This document shows, piece after piece, positions 22,088-31,107 of a DNA stretch of 32,000 bases. A model generated the notes under the pieces. That model searched no databases, had not been told where the DNA came from, and was given only the letters and a program-made list of their open reading frames with translations. The translations under genes were made by a program, and so were the position numbers. Every line of letters starts with the position of its first letter. The first letter of the stretch is position 1. Source of the stretch: Bellilinea caldifistulae (GTDB lineage: Bacteria; Chloroflexota; Anaerolineae; Anaerolineales; Anaerolineaceae); contig NZ_LGHJ01000014.1 in NCBI RefSeq assembly GCF_001306055.1, forward strand, positions 60,001 to 92,000, given 5' to 3'.

Positions 22088-24868
22088 ATGCCGCCAATTC
22101 TTTATTTGATTGATGGACATGCATTAGCCTACCGAACCTATTTTGCCATCACCCTTTCCGGTCAACAACTGACTACCAGCAGCGGCGAACCAACCGCCGG
22201 TATTTACGGTTTTGCCAGTGTTTTACTGCGATTGCTGGAGCAGGAAAACCCCGAATACCTTGCGGTTGCTTTCGACACAGGGGTGACGTTTCGTAACGAC
22301 CTGTACCCGGAATACAAAGCCACCCGTGCCAAAATGCCCGATGAATTACGCCCGCAAATTGATCGCATTCGCGAGATGGTGGATATTTTTGGCTTTCCCC
22401 GTCTGGAAGCCGAAGGCTTTGAGGCAGATGATGTGCTGGGCAGCATTGCCCGAAAGGCGGCAGAAAACGGACTGGCCGTCAAGATCATCACCGGTGATCG
22501 AGATTTGCTGCAACTGGTGAATGACCGGGTGATTGTCAATCTGGCCGGCAGTAAACTTTCGGAAGCGCGGGATTTCGGCGTGAGAGAAGTGATCGAAACC
22601 CTTGGGATCCGACCCGAACAGGTGGTGGATTACAAGGCATTGGTGGGAGATAAATCGGATAATATCCCCGGCGTGGCCGGTATTGGCGAAAAAACGGCGA
22701 TCATGTTGTTGCAGCAGTACTCCAATCTGGATGACATTTACGCTCATCTGGATCAGATTCCTGCAAGGGTGCGAAACCTGCTCGAAAAAGATCGCGAAAA
22801 AGCCTATTTAAGCCGTCAACTGGCTACAATACGCACGGATTTACCGGTAATGCTCTCCCTTGAACAGGCGCGTACTTCCCAAATCCAACTTTCGGCGGTG
22901 GAGGAGTTTTTCCAAAAACTGGAATTTCGTTCGTTGTTGCCACGCCTGAAGAAACTGGAAAATCGGGGGGAAGCCGTCCCAACCGCAGGGCAGCAGCTGT
23001 CGCTGTTCGGTGAACCGCTGGTGAAAATTGGCGAACCGCCGCCTCAAGATGGGAGATGGGTTACCATCCAGACCCGCGGAGCACTGGCAGATCTGATCCG
23101 TAAACTGGAAGGGGTGAAATATCTTTCGTTAGACACCGAAACCACCTCCACCGATCCAATGCGGGCGGAGCTGGTGGGAATTTCGCTGGCTTTCGAGGGC
23201 GGTGAAGGTTATTACCTGCCGGTTGGTCATCGGACGGGCGAAGAGCAATTACCTGCCGATGAAGTGCTGGAGGCGTTGCGCCCGGTTTTGAATTCGCCGC
23301 AGGTGGCAAAAATCGGTCACAACCTCAAATATGATGCACTGGTACTGGAAAATCAGGGTATCCCCGTCGCACCGCTGATTTTCGATACGATGATCGCGGC
23401 CTGGCTGGTGCAACCGGAAAATTACAATCTGGGATTGAAAGAACTGGCGCAGTCCTATCTGGGTGTGCAAATGACCCACATTGAAGAACTGATCGGGAAG
23501 GGTAAAAATCAACGAACCATGGATCGGGTGCCGATTGCCACGGCAGCGCCATACGCGGCGGCGGATGCAGAAATCTGTATACGACTGATGCCCCTGCTGC
23601 GCGAACGGTTGGAACAGGTGAACGCCGTCCGTTTATTTGAAGAAATTGAAATGCCACTGGTGCCAGTGCTGGGAATGATGGAACGGAATGGGGTCATGCT
23701 GGATGTACCCTTCCTTAAGAAAATGTCGCAGGAATTGAACAGCCGGCTGGCGGAAATCGAAAGGGACATTTTCGAGGTTGTGGGGTATTCTTTCAACCTC
23801 AATTCCACCCAGCAGTTGTCAAAAGTCCTGTTTGATACCCTCAAACTGGAACCGCCGGATCGGCGCAAAAAGACCGCATCGGGACATTTTTCAACCTCGG
23901 CGGGTGTGCTGGAGGAGTTGCGCAATCAGCACCCGATTGTCGAGAAAATTCTGGAATACCGCGAACTGGCAAAACTCAAATCCACTTATGTGGATGCCCT
24001 TCCGCAGCAAATCAACCCCCGGACGGGGCGCGTGCATACCTCGTATAACCAGACCGGTTCAGTGACCGGCCGATTGGCATCCTCCGATCCGAATTTGCAA
24101 AACATTCCAACCCGAACGGAAACCGGCCGGCTGGTGCGGAATGCCTTCATTGCTGCACCGGGTTACAGGTTGCTTTCAGTGGACTATTCCCAAATTGAGT
24201 TAAGAATTGTCGCTCACATGGCTCAGGATGAAGCCATGCTGGCAGCTTTCCGCGCCGGACAGGACATTCATGCGGCTACCGCGGCGGCTATTTATGGAGT
24301 AGGTCTGGATCAGGTCACCAAAGAGCAGCGCCGCCACGCCAAGGCGATTAACTTTGGCTTGATTTACGGCATGAGTGCTTTTGGGCTGCATCGTTCCACT
24401 GACCTGACGCTGGCAGAGGCCGAGAATTTTGTTAAGGCGTACTTCCAGCAATTCCCCGGTGTAAAAGCCTTTCTGGACGGCTTGCGCCGTCAGGCGTCCC
24501 GGCAGGGATATGTAGAAACGCTGTTGGGGCGAAGGCGATACTTTCCCAATTTGAAGAGCAATGCCAACCCAGCCCTGCGCGCCCGCGAGGAACGCGAAGC
24601 CATCAATGCACCGGTGCAGGGTACCGCTGCCGATATCATGAAACTGGCAATGGTGCGTCTGCCACCGGCTTTGAAAGCGGCGGGTTTGGGAGCGCGTATG
24701 TTGCTTCAAGTGCATGATGAACTGGTGCTGGAAGTGCCAGAGAACGAACGGGACGAAACCGTGCGGGTGGTACGCGAAGTGATGGAAAATGCCTATCCAC
24801 TTTCTATTCCGCTGGTGACCGAGGCCCGCTGGGGACAAAACTGGGGTTCGCTGGAGGTGTTATCCTGA
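22088..24868 (+). CDS. polA: DNA polymerase I (5'-3' exonuclease, 3'-5' exonuclease and polymerase domains)
   Basis: 926 aa. It has the 5' nuclease N-terminus (LYLIDGHALAYRTYFA), Exo I LSLDTETTS and Exo III YAAADAE, so proofreading motifs are retained. Polymerase motifs are present: A (LLSVDYSQIELRIVAHM), B (RRHAKAINFGLIYGMS) and C (LQVHDELVLE). Confidence 0.95.
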   Translation: MPPILYLIDGHALAYRTYFAITLSGQQLTTSSGEPTAGIYGFASVLLRLLEQENPEYLAVAFDTGVTFRNDLYPEYKATRAKMPDELRPQIDRIREMVDIFGFPRLEAEGFEADDVLGSIARKAAENGLAVKIITGDRDLLQLVNDRVIVNLAGSKLSEARDFGVREVIETLGIRPEQVVDYKALVGDKSDNIPGVAGIGEKTAIMLLQQYSNLDDIYAHLDQIPARVRNLLEKDREKAYLSRQLATIRTDLPVMLSLEQARTSQIQLSAVEEFFQKLEFRSLLPRLKKLENRGEAVPTAGQQLSLFGEPLVKIGEPPPQDGRWVTIQTRGALADLIRKLEGVKYLSLDTETTSTDPMRAELVGISLAFEGGEGYYLPVGHRTGEEQLPADEVLEALRPVLNSPQVAKIGHNLKYDALVLENQGIPVAPLIFDTMIAAWLVQPENYNLGLKELAQSYLGVQMTHIEELIGKGKNQRTMDRVPIATAAPYAAADAEICIRLMPLLRERLEQVNAVRLFEEIEMPLVPVLGMMERNGVMLDVPFLKKMSQELNSRLAEIERDIFEVVGYSFNLNSTQQLSKVLFDTLKLEPPDRRKKTASGHFSTSAGVLEELRNQHPIVEKILEYRELAKLKSTYVDALPQQINPRTGRVHTSYNQTGSVTGRLASSDPNLQNIPTRTETGRLVRNAFIAAPGYRLLSVDYSQIELRIVAHMAQDEAMLAAFRAGQDIHAATAAAIYGVGLDQVTKEQRRHAKAINFGLIYGMSAFGLHRSTDLTLAEAENFVKAYFQQFPGVKAFLDGLRRQASRQGYVETLLGRRRYFPNLKSNANPALRAREEREAINAPVQGTAADIMKLAMVRLPPALKAAGLGARMLLQVHDELVLEVPENERDETVRVVREVMENAYPLSIPLVTEARWGQNWGSLEVLS

Positions 24869-24984
24869 ACCCGCGAAACGACCGGCAACCTTGCGGATTT
24901 GTTATCCAAATTGCTTTGCGTTTTCCAGGGCAATCGGTTAAAGTAGATGAGAATTAAACCATTGAGGGAGTAAGGTAGAGAAAC

Positions 24985-27315
24985 ATGGCTGGCGACCAGA
25001 GATTATTTGAGGAAGCCATGAATAAGGGGCATTCGGCGGCCTGGGATCAGGAATGGGAGCAGGCAGCCCGATATTATCGAGCGGCTTTGGAGGAATTTCC
25101 GGATCATCCGGCTGCGCTGAGTAATTTGGGCCTGGCGTTGTTTGAGTTACAGGATTTCGAGGAAGCCCTGCAGGTATATAAGCGGGTTGCGCTGATCAAC
25201 CCCGATGATCCAATTCCTGCCGAGAAAATGGCACGGATTTACGAGCGGCAGGGCAGGTTGAATGATGCCATACGCGCCGGGATGCAGGCTGCCGAACTTC
25301 ACCTCAAAGCCAGAGATGTGGAAAAATCCATCGAGGGCTGGCAGCGGGTTCTCAGCCTTAACCCCGAAATTTTCACAGCCCACTCACGGCTGGCTTTGAT
25401 TTATGAGCGATTGGGCAAAAAGAGCGAGGCTGTTTCGGAATTGATTGCCTGTGCCAGCCTGATGCAACATGCGGGGGATCTGCAGAAAGCCCAACAAATT
25501 GTACTTTACGCCCTCAAATTGATTCCCGGCAGCGCTGAAGCAACCCAGGCGTTGCAGATGCTCAAAATTGGTCAGCCAATGCCCAAGCCGCTCCGTCCGC
25601 GTGGCGGGACGGGGCCGATGCGCATGGCGGAGGTCAAACTGCTCGAAGCTCCGCAGGAAACCGATCGGCAGCTTTCCCTCGACCCGATTTCCGAAACCCG
25701 CCAGCGGGCTTTGATTCAACTGGCGGAATTGCTGTTTGATACGCCGGAGGATTTTTCCGGCACGGATGCCCCTTCTCCGCGGCGCGGGATTAACGCATTG
25801 ATGCGCGGGACGGGTGAACTGGTTCTCGATCCATCCACCCGCACCCGCGTTTTGCTGCACATCGGGCAGGCAATTGAGTCGCAAACGATGGGGCAGGAAA
25901 AACAGGCAGCGGAAGAACTGGAACGCGCCTATGATTTGGGCTTTTCGCATCCAGCCCTCTATTTTGATTTGGGGTTACTGCTGGCAGATAAAGAGGATCA
26001 AAAAGCCCTGCCCATTCTTCTCAAGGCCGTTAAACACCCCGAATTTTCGCTGGCTTCGTACTTGCTTATAGCCAAAATTTACTACCGTGCCGGCAATTAT
26101 AAAGAGGCTGCCACGGCCTATCTTCAGGCATTGCGTCTGGCAGATACGGAAACGGTTGCGTTGGAACAAAGAGAAGAACTCCGCCAGATTTATGAGCCGA
26201 TCATCGAGGCGCAGGCGCAGAGGAATGATCCTCAATTGTTTAAGACGCTGTGCGATACGATCGCCGATCAACTGCTGCGCGGGGACTGGCGTCAATTTTT
26301 GGCGAAGGCTCGGGAACAATTACCACCCCCGCCGCCGAATTCACCCCCGCCGCCGTTGGCAAGTCTGCTACTCGAATCGCGTAGTTCAGAAGTGATAGAA
26401 GCCATCGGTCGAATTCGGGATTACATGCGGCAGGGTAAATACCGTACTGCCATGGAAGAGGCTCACTACGCCATAGACTTTGCGCCGACCTATTTGCCGC
26501 TGCATGTTCAAATTGCCGAATTGTTGGTTGCCATCGGTCAGATTCAGGAAGCCATTACCAAATATCTGCTGGTGATGGATCTCTATAATCTGCGCGGCGA
26601 AGCCAGTCAGGCCATTCAAATCATGGAGCGGGTCATTCAACTTTCACCAGCCGATTTCAATTTCCGGAAAAAATTGATTCGGATGCTTGTTGAGCAGGGG
26701 CGGGTAGATGATGCACTCAAGCAGTACATGGCAATGGCCGATTTTTATTATCAAATGGCCGATTTGGAAGCCGCTCGTCAAATCTACATGGAAGCCTTGA
26801 AACTTTCCCAGCAATCCCGCCGCAGCCGGCAATGGGCTTATGAATTGCTGGGCTATCTGGCGGAGATTGACATGCAGCGCCTGGAACCGCGTCAGGCATT
26901 GCGCTTTTACGAACAAATGCGTTCTCTCCAGCCGAATGATCCCAACCCGCGGATTCGGATTGTGGTGTTGAATTTCCAACTGGGGCAGGATAAGACCGCC
27001 TACCTTGAAATGGATAACTTCATCGGCGTTCTGGAAGGTTTGCGCCAGGATGATGCGGCCATCCAATTTGTCAAAAGCATTCTGCTGGAATTGCCGGAAA
27101 GATACGAATTGCGCCACAAACTGGCTGATTTATATAAACGGACTCACCGCCTTGCAGAGGCGATTGCCGAATTGGATACCCTGGCGGAGCATTATGCGGA
27201 AGTGGGTGATTACGCATCTTCCATACGCACTGTGCAGGAGATCATCGCTCTTAACCCGCCCAACCGCCGCGAGTATGAGGTTGTGCTGGATAAACTGCGA
27301 AAAGGCGGAAATTGA
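24985..27315 (+). CDS. Large tetratricopeptide-repeat (TPR) protein
   Basis: 776 aa with repeated 34-aa TPR-like units throughout (for example AARYYRAALEEFPDHPAALSNLGLALFELQDFEEALQVYKRVALINPDD) and a poly-Pro hinge (LPPPPPNSPPPPLA). No catalytic motif was recognised. Confidence 0.8.
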   Translation: MAGDQRLFEEAMNKGHSAAWDQEWEQAARYYRAALEEFPDHPAALSNLGLALFELQDFEEALQVYKRVALINPDDPIPAEKMARIYERQGRLNDAIRAGMQAAELHLKARDVEKSIEGWQRVLSLNPEIFTAHSRLALIYERLGKKSEAVSELIACASLMQHAGDLQKAQQIVLYALKLIPGSAEATQALQMLKIGQPMPKPLRPRGGTGPMRMAEVKLLEAPQETDRQLSLDPISETRQRALIQLAELLFDTPEDFSGTDAPSPRRGINALMRGTGELVLDPSTRTRVLLHIGQAIESQTMGQEKQAAEELERAYDLGFSHPALYFDLGLLLADKEDQKALPILLKAVKHPEFSLASYLLIAKIYYRAGNYKEAATAYLQALRLADTETVALEQREELRQIYEPIIEAQAQRNDPQLFKTLCDTIADQLLRGDWRQFLAKAREQLPPPPPNSPPPPLASLLLESRSSEVIEAIGRIRDYMRQGKYRTAMEEAHYAIDFAPTYLPLHVQIAELLVAIGQIQEAITKYLLVMDLYNLRGEASQAIQIMERVIQLSPADFNFRKKLIRMLVEQGRVDDALKQYMAMADFYYQMADLEAARQIYMEALKLSQQSRRSRQWAYELLGYLAEIDMQRLEPRQALRFYEQMRSLQPNDPNPRIRIVVLNFQLGQDKTAYLEMDNFIGVLEGLRQDDAAIQFVKSILLELPERYELRHKLADLYKRTHRLAEAIAELDTLAEHYAEVGDYASSIRTVQEIIALNPPNRREYEVVLDKLRKGGN

Positions 27316-27322
27316 CGCTGGT

Positions 27323-28066
27323 TTAGCCCGGCCGTTTGCCGAGTGAGGCGGCATATACCAGAAAAAGCGTCTCGCCATCCAGCCCCAGGGCTGCATTGAT
27401 GGCGTCATCATCATAAGCTGCGATGGCACATACTCCGCAGCCCAGCCCTTCGGCAGCCAGATATAGATTCTGGCAGATGTGACCGGCATCCAGCAACAGG
27501 AAGCGGTAACCGCGCTCAGGATATCGCCAAAACATCCGTTCGCCCACGGCTACCCAGAAAAATGAGACGGCACTGGTAGCAACCTGCCGCTGATTGAAGC
27601 ATGCCTGAGTGAGTTTGTCGTTGATATGCTCATCGAAGTTCAAACCCAGCAAGGCGTGTTCCAGTGCCACGTAACGGTAAACGCCCGGCTGTAACCCTTC
27701 CACCCGGTTGATCAGTAAATACGTTTCAAAGGCATGCCGGGCGCCCGCCGAAGGCACCGTGCGTAGCGTAACCGGCCGGTTGGTCACCTCTTTGACACCC
27801 TGAGTAAACCATAACAGGGCCGATAGTTCGTTAAGGGAAAGTGGGTCACTGCTGTAGCGCCGCAAGGTTGTCCGGCGATTCATCACCTCCCAAAGCGAAG
27901 CAGCCGGCAGAGAAAGTTGATCCGGGTTGACCAGCCGGATTAATGCGGCGGTTGGATCGTAGGGCAATTCGAGCGGTGGTTGCGGTTCTCCCCGGCTTTG
28001 GGGGGATGGCGGGAGAAAAGCGTGCTTGGTCTGTTGCCAGAAGGTTTTACCAATGGAATGGCTCAT
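27323..28066 (-). CDS. SagB/ThcOx-type nitroreductase-superfamily dehydrogenase
   Basis: 247 aa with an AAGGAGGA RBS. The pattern is SagB-type: RRTTLRRYSSDPLSLNELSALLWFTQGV ... RTVPSAGARHAFETYLLI ... GVYRY ... LLLDAGHICQNLYLAAEGLGCGVCAIAAYDDD. It lies 35 nt downstream of murJ on the same strand. Confidence 0.75.
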   Translation of the reverse strand: MSHSIGKTFWQQTKHAFLPPSPQSRGEPQPPLELPYDPTAALIRLVNPDQLSLPAASLWEVMNRRTTLRRYSSDPLSLNELSALLWFTQGVKEVTNRPVTLRTVPSAGARHAFETYLLINRVEGLQPGVYRYVALEHALLGLNFDEHINDKLTQACFNQRQVATSAVSFFWVAVGERMFWRYPERGYRFLLLDAGHICQNLYLAAEGLGCGVCAIAAYDDDAINAALGLDGETLFLVYAASLGKRPG

Positions 28067-28101
28067 TTTGTTCCTCCTTAATTCAGTGTGAGTGAAGGTG
28101 A

Positions 28102-29718
28102 TTAACCCAATCGTGAGCCGAGGACATGCCTGGCTCGCTGAATGAAACTCTGCCAGAGAATGTGCAATTCAGGAACCCGTTGAATCCACAGCATGGCCGC
28201 ATACACCGCCGCACCCAACAACACGGTAGTGAGTACGACAAAACCGGAGCCCATAGACGGGGTGAACTGCTGCCACAGGATGATTGTGCCGGTCATGACC
28301 AGAGCCCCTGCTATGGCGTAGCGTATCCCTTGTAAAAGATGATTTCCCTGCAACCCTCCTAATCGGCGGCGTAGTAAAAACAAAAGCAGACTGCATTCCA
28401 GGAAGGTGGCCAGCGAATTGGCCAGCGCCAACCCGCCGTGCGGCATCCAGCCAAGCCGAGCAAACAAGGAAGGGAAGGTCAGACTGAAAAGAATGTTGAG
28501 AGTCATTGCACCGGCTGTGACACTCACCGGTGTGCGGGTATCGTGCAAGGCGTAAAAAGCCCGCACGATGATTTCCAGTAGAGAATGAAAAACCAATCCC
28601 AGCGCATACCAGAGCAGCGCCCAACCGACCATCTCGGTTGAACGGCTGGAAAATTCACCCCCTTCATAAAGCCAGCGGATCAGCGGGATTCGCACTGCGA
28701 TCAACCCCACCGCTGCCGGCACAGCCAGCAGTAACACACCGCGTAGACTGGCAGCGAGAGAGGTACGCAATTCGGCGAGTTTACCCAATGCGGCCTGGGC
28801 TGAGAAAGTTGGCATGGCGGCAATGGCCACCGATTGGGCGATGGCCGCCTGTGGCATCAGCATGAGCGTAAAGGCGAGGGTGAGAGATGAGACGCTGCCC
28901 TCCGGCAGGCTGAGTCCGATGATGGTGTTGACGATGAAATTAATCTGGACGACCGCCACTCCCAGCACGCGTGGTCCCATCAGGCGTGCCACTTCTCGCA
29001 CTTCCGCCATGCGGATACCGAGCGTGGGAGTGTATTGGGCGTTCAAGCGGAATAGCTGAGGTATCTGCACCCCTAAATGTAATGCTGAACCGATCAATGC
29101 GCCGACTGCCAGTCGGTAAATGCCCCAATCGCCCGGCAGTAACAACACCCCCCCAATTTGTCCGAGTGAATACATGGCGGGGGCAATTGCCGGAAGCCAG
29201 AATTTTTGATGGGCGTTGAGGATGCCCATCACCAAACCGCTCAAGCCAAACAAAATGACGGTAGGCAGCAGCCAGCGCAGAAGAATGATGGTAGTTTGTT
29301 CCTGCCCGATGGAAAGTTCCGGGGCGAGAATGAAAAGACCTTGCCTGACCACCTGAGGGGCAAAGAGGAACACCAGCGCTGCAATCAGGGTAAGCACAAT
29401 CAACAGGAGGTTGGCAACTGCCGAAGCCAGTTTCCAGGCGGTCTGACGTTGCTCGCGGGCAAGCAGACCGGTAAAAGTAGGGATGAATGCCGAACCCAGT
29501 GCGCCGCTTGCCATCAGGTTGAACAGCATCTCGGTTACCCGGTTGGCGGCATTGAAGGAATCCAGGTCGGCGCTGGTGCCAAAAGCACGGTAGACGAGGA
29601 TGGTGCGCGCCAGACCCAGTAACTGGGTCAGCACAAAGGCAGCCATGACCGTACCCGCTGCTCGTGCAATCTGGCGGCCAGCCGAACGGGTCGGGGTTGA
29701 GGCGGGAATGCTGGACAT
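28102..29718 (-). CDS. murJ: Lipid II flippase MurJ (MviN family, MOP superfamily)
   Basis: 538 aa and polytopic (~14 TM) with MurJ-typical N-terminal sequence (RAAGTVMAAFVLTQLLGLARTILVYRAFGTSADLDSFNAANRVTEMLFNLMASGALGSAFIPTF). Confidence 0.9.
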   Translation of the reverse strand: MSSIPASTPTRSAGRQIARAAGTVMAAFVLTQLLGLARTILVYRAFGTSADLDSFNAANRVTEMLFNLMASGALGSAFIPTFTGLLAREQRQTAWKLASAVANLLLIVLTLIAALVFLFAPQVVRQGLFILAPELSIGQEQTTIILLRWLLPTVILFGLSGLVMGILNAHQKFWLPAIAPAMYSLGQIGGVLLLPGDWGIYRLAVGALIGSALHLGVQIPQLFRLNAQYTPTLGIRMAEVREVARLMGPRVLGVAVVQINFIVNTIIGLSLPEGSVSSLTLAFTLMLMPQAAIAQSVAIAAMPTFSAQAALGKLAELRTSLAASLRGVLLLAVPAAVGLIAVRIPLIRWLYEGGEFSSRSTEMVGWALLWYALGLVFHSLLEIIVRAFYALHDTRTPVSVTAGAMTLNILFSLTFPSLFARLGWMPHGGLALANSLATFLECSLLLFLLRRRLGGLQGNHLLQGIRYAIAGALVMTGTIILWQQFTPSMGSGFVVLTTVLLGAAVYAAMLWIQRVPELHILWQSFIQRARHVLGSRLG

Positions 29719-29826
29719 CTTCCCAATTATACTTTCAAGATGGCAAAGCGGCAGATTCGGCCGAGTTTGGGGGTGTTTGGGATATAATTCTCACAAAACT
29801 TAGCCGTCATCCAGGAGACCTTGTGA

Positions 29827-31107
29827 ATGAATTTTGAAAAGATATGCGTGCTGGGTTTGGGGTATATCGGGCTGCCCACAGCCAGCACCTTTGCAACTCA
29901 TGGTTTGAAAGTGATCGGGGTAGATGTCAACCCACAAATTGTGAACGGCTTGCAAAACGGTCATTTGCACCTCTACGAACCCGGCTTGCGCACCCTGGTG
30001 CAGGCTGCCTTGCGTTCCGGTAATCTGATGGTCAGCCAGCAGCCCCAACCGGCGGATGCCTTCATCATCGCCGTGCCGACCCCATTTTATGCGGATAAAC
30101 GTGCCGATATGCGAGCCGTCCAGTCGGCCAGTGAAGCGATTGTTCCACACCTGCGCAGGGGCAATCTGGTCATTTTGGAGTCCACCTCGCCGCCATTGAC
30201 GACCGTTAATCTGGTGGCTCCAATATTGGAAAAGAGCGGCTTGAAGGCCGGAGAGGATTTCTTTCTGGCTTACTCACCGGAGCGGGTGCTGCCCGGCCAG
30301 ATATTACGCGAGTTAATCGAGAATGCGCGGATTATCGGTGGAATCAACCCCGAATCGGCAGAGGCTGGGCGGGATTTATATTCCATTTTTGTGCGCGGGG
30401 AGATCATCCTCACCGATGCAACCACCGCCGAAATGGTGAAGTTGATGGAAAATACCTATCGGGATGTGAATATTGCCATTGCCAATGAATTTTCCCGTCT
30501 GGCAGATCGTTTTGGGGTGGATGTGTGGGAAGCGATTCGTCTGGCCAACCGCCATCCGCGGGTCAACATTCTTTCACCGGGGCCGGGAGTGGGCGGGCAT
30601 TGCATCAGCGTGGACCCATGGTTTTTGGTGGAGGCTGCCCCGGACCTGACACCGCTCATTCGTACGGCTCGCAAAGTCAATGACGACCAGCCGCATTTTG
30701 TGGTGCAACTGGTACAGCGGATTCTGGGCGATGTGAACGGACGCCCCATTGCAGCGCTGGGACTGGCTTATAAGCCCAATGTGGATGATCTGCGCGAAAG
30801 CCCGGCCATTGAAGTCGTGCATTTGTTGCAATCGGCCGGCGCCAGAGTTTTTGCTTACGAACCGTATAAAACCGATTATGCTTTCAATGGGGTGGCCAGC
30901 ACAACCTCTTTGATCGAAGCCATTCAGGAGGCAGAGCTGCTGGTTTTGCTGGTTGCCCATGACCAGTTCAAGACACTTGATCCGCGGCAGGTTGCCGAAA
31001 TGACGAAAGCACGGGTGGTGCTGGATGCGGTCAATGCCTGGAAAGCGCACGAGTGGCAGGCGGCTGGTTTTCAGGTTTTTCGATTGGGAGCAGGTCAAAC
31101 CCGATGA
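29827..31107 (+). CDS. wecC: UDP-N-acetyl-D-mannosamine dehydrogenase (nucleotide-sugar dehydrogenase, WecC/Cap5O type)
   Basis: 426 aa with an AGGAG RBS. It has an N-terminal Rossmann GLGYIGLP and a catalytic Cys context, SPGPGVGGHCISVDPWF, typical of WecC/Cap5O. It is translationally coupled to the 2-epimerase gene downstream (ATGA overlap). Confidence 0.85.
   Translation: MNFEKICVLGLGYIGLPTASTFATHGLKVIGVDVNPQIVNGLQNGHLHLYEPGLRTLVQAALRSGNLMVSQQPQPADAFIIAVPTPFYADKRADMRAVQSASEAIVPHLRRGNLVILESTSPPLTTVNLVAPILEKSGLKAGEDFFLAYSPERVLPGQILRELIENARIIGGINPESAEAGRDLYSIFVRGEIILTDATTAEMVKLMENTYRDVNIAIANEFSRLADRFGVDVWEAIRLANRHPRVNILSPGPGVGGHCISVDPWFLVEAAPDLTPLIRTARKVNDDQPHFVVQLVQRILGDVNGRPIAALGLAYKPNVDDLRESPAIEVVHLLQSAGARVFAYEPYKTDYAFNGVASTTSLIEAIQEAELLVLLVAHDQFKTLDPRQVAEMTKARVVLDAVNAWKAHEWQAAGFQVFRLGAGQTR

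Noticed and set aside
27323-28066. Thiazole/oxazole-modified microcin (TOMM/RiPP) gene cluster, suggested by the SagB-type dehydrogenase
   Set aside because: The window has no YcaO cyclodehydratase, no E1-like or Ocin-ThiF partner, no plausible Cys/Ser/Thr-rich precursor ORF and no exporter. The neighbours are murJ and a convergent TPR gene only 7 nt away.
29716-29731. Third leaderless-type promoter, at murJ (TATAAT on the minus strand at 29726-29731, 7 nt from ATG 29718)
   Set aside because: The spacing matches the other two cases, but no -35-like hexamer sits at 16-18 nt. The only TTGCCA is 9 nt away. GGGAAG could also serve as a weak RBS. It is too ambiguous to report as a feature.
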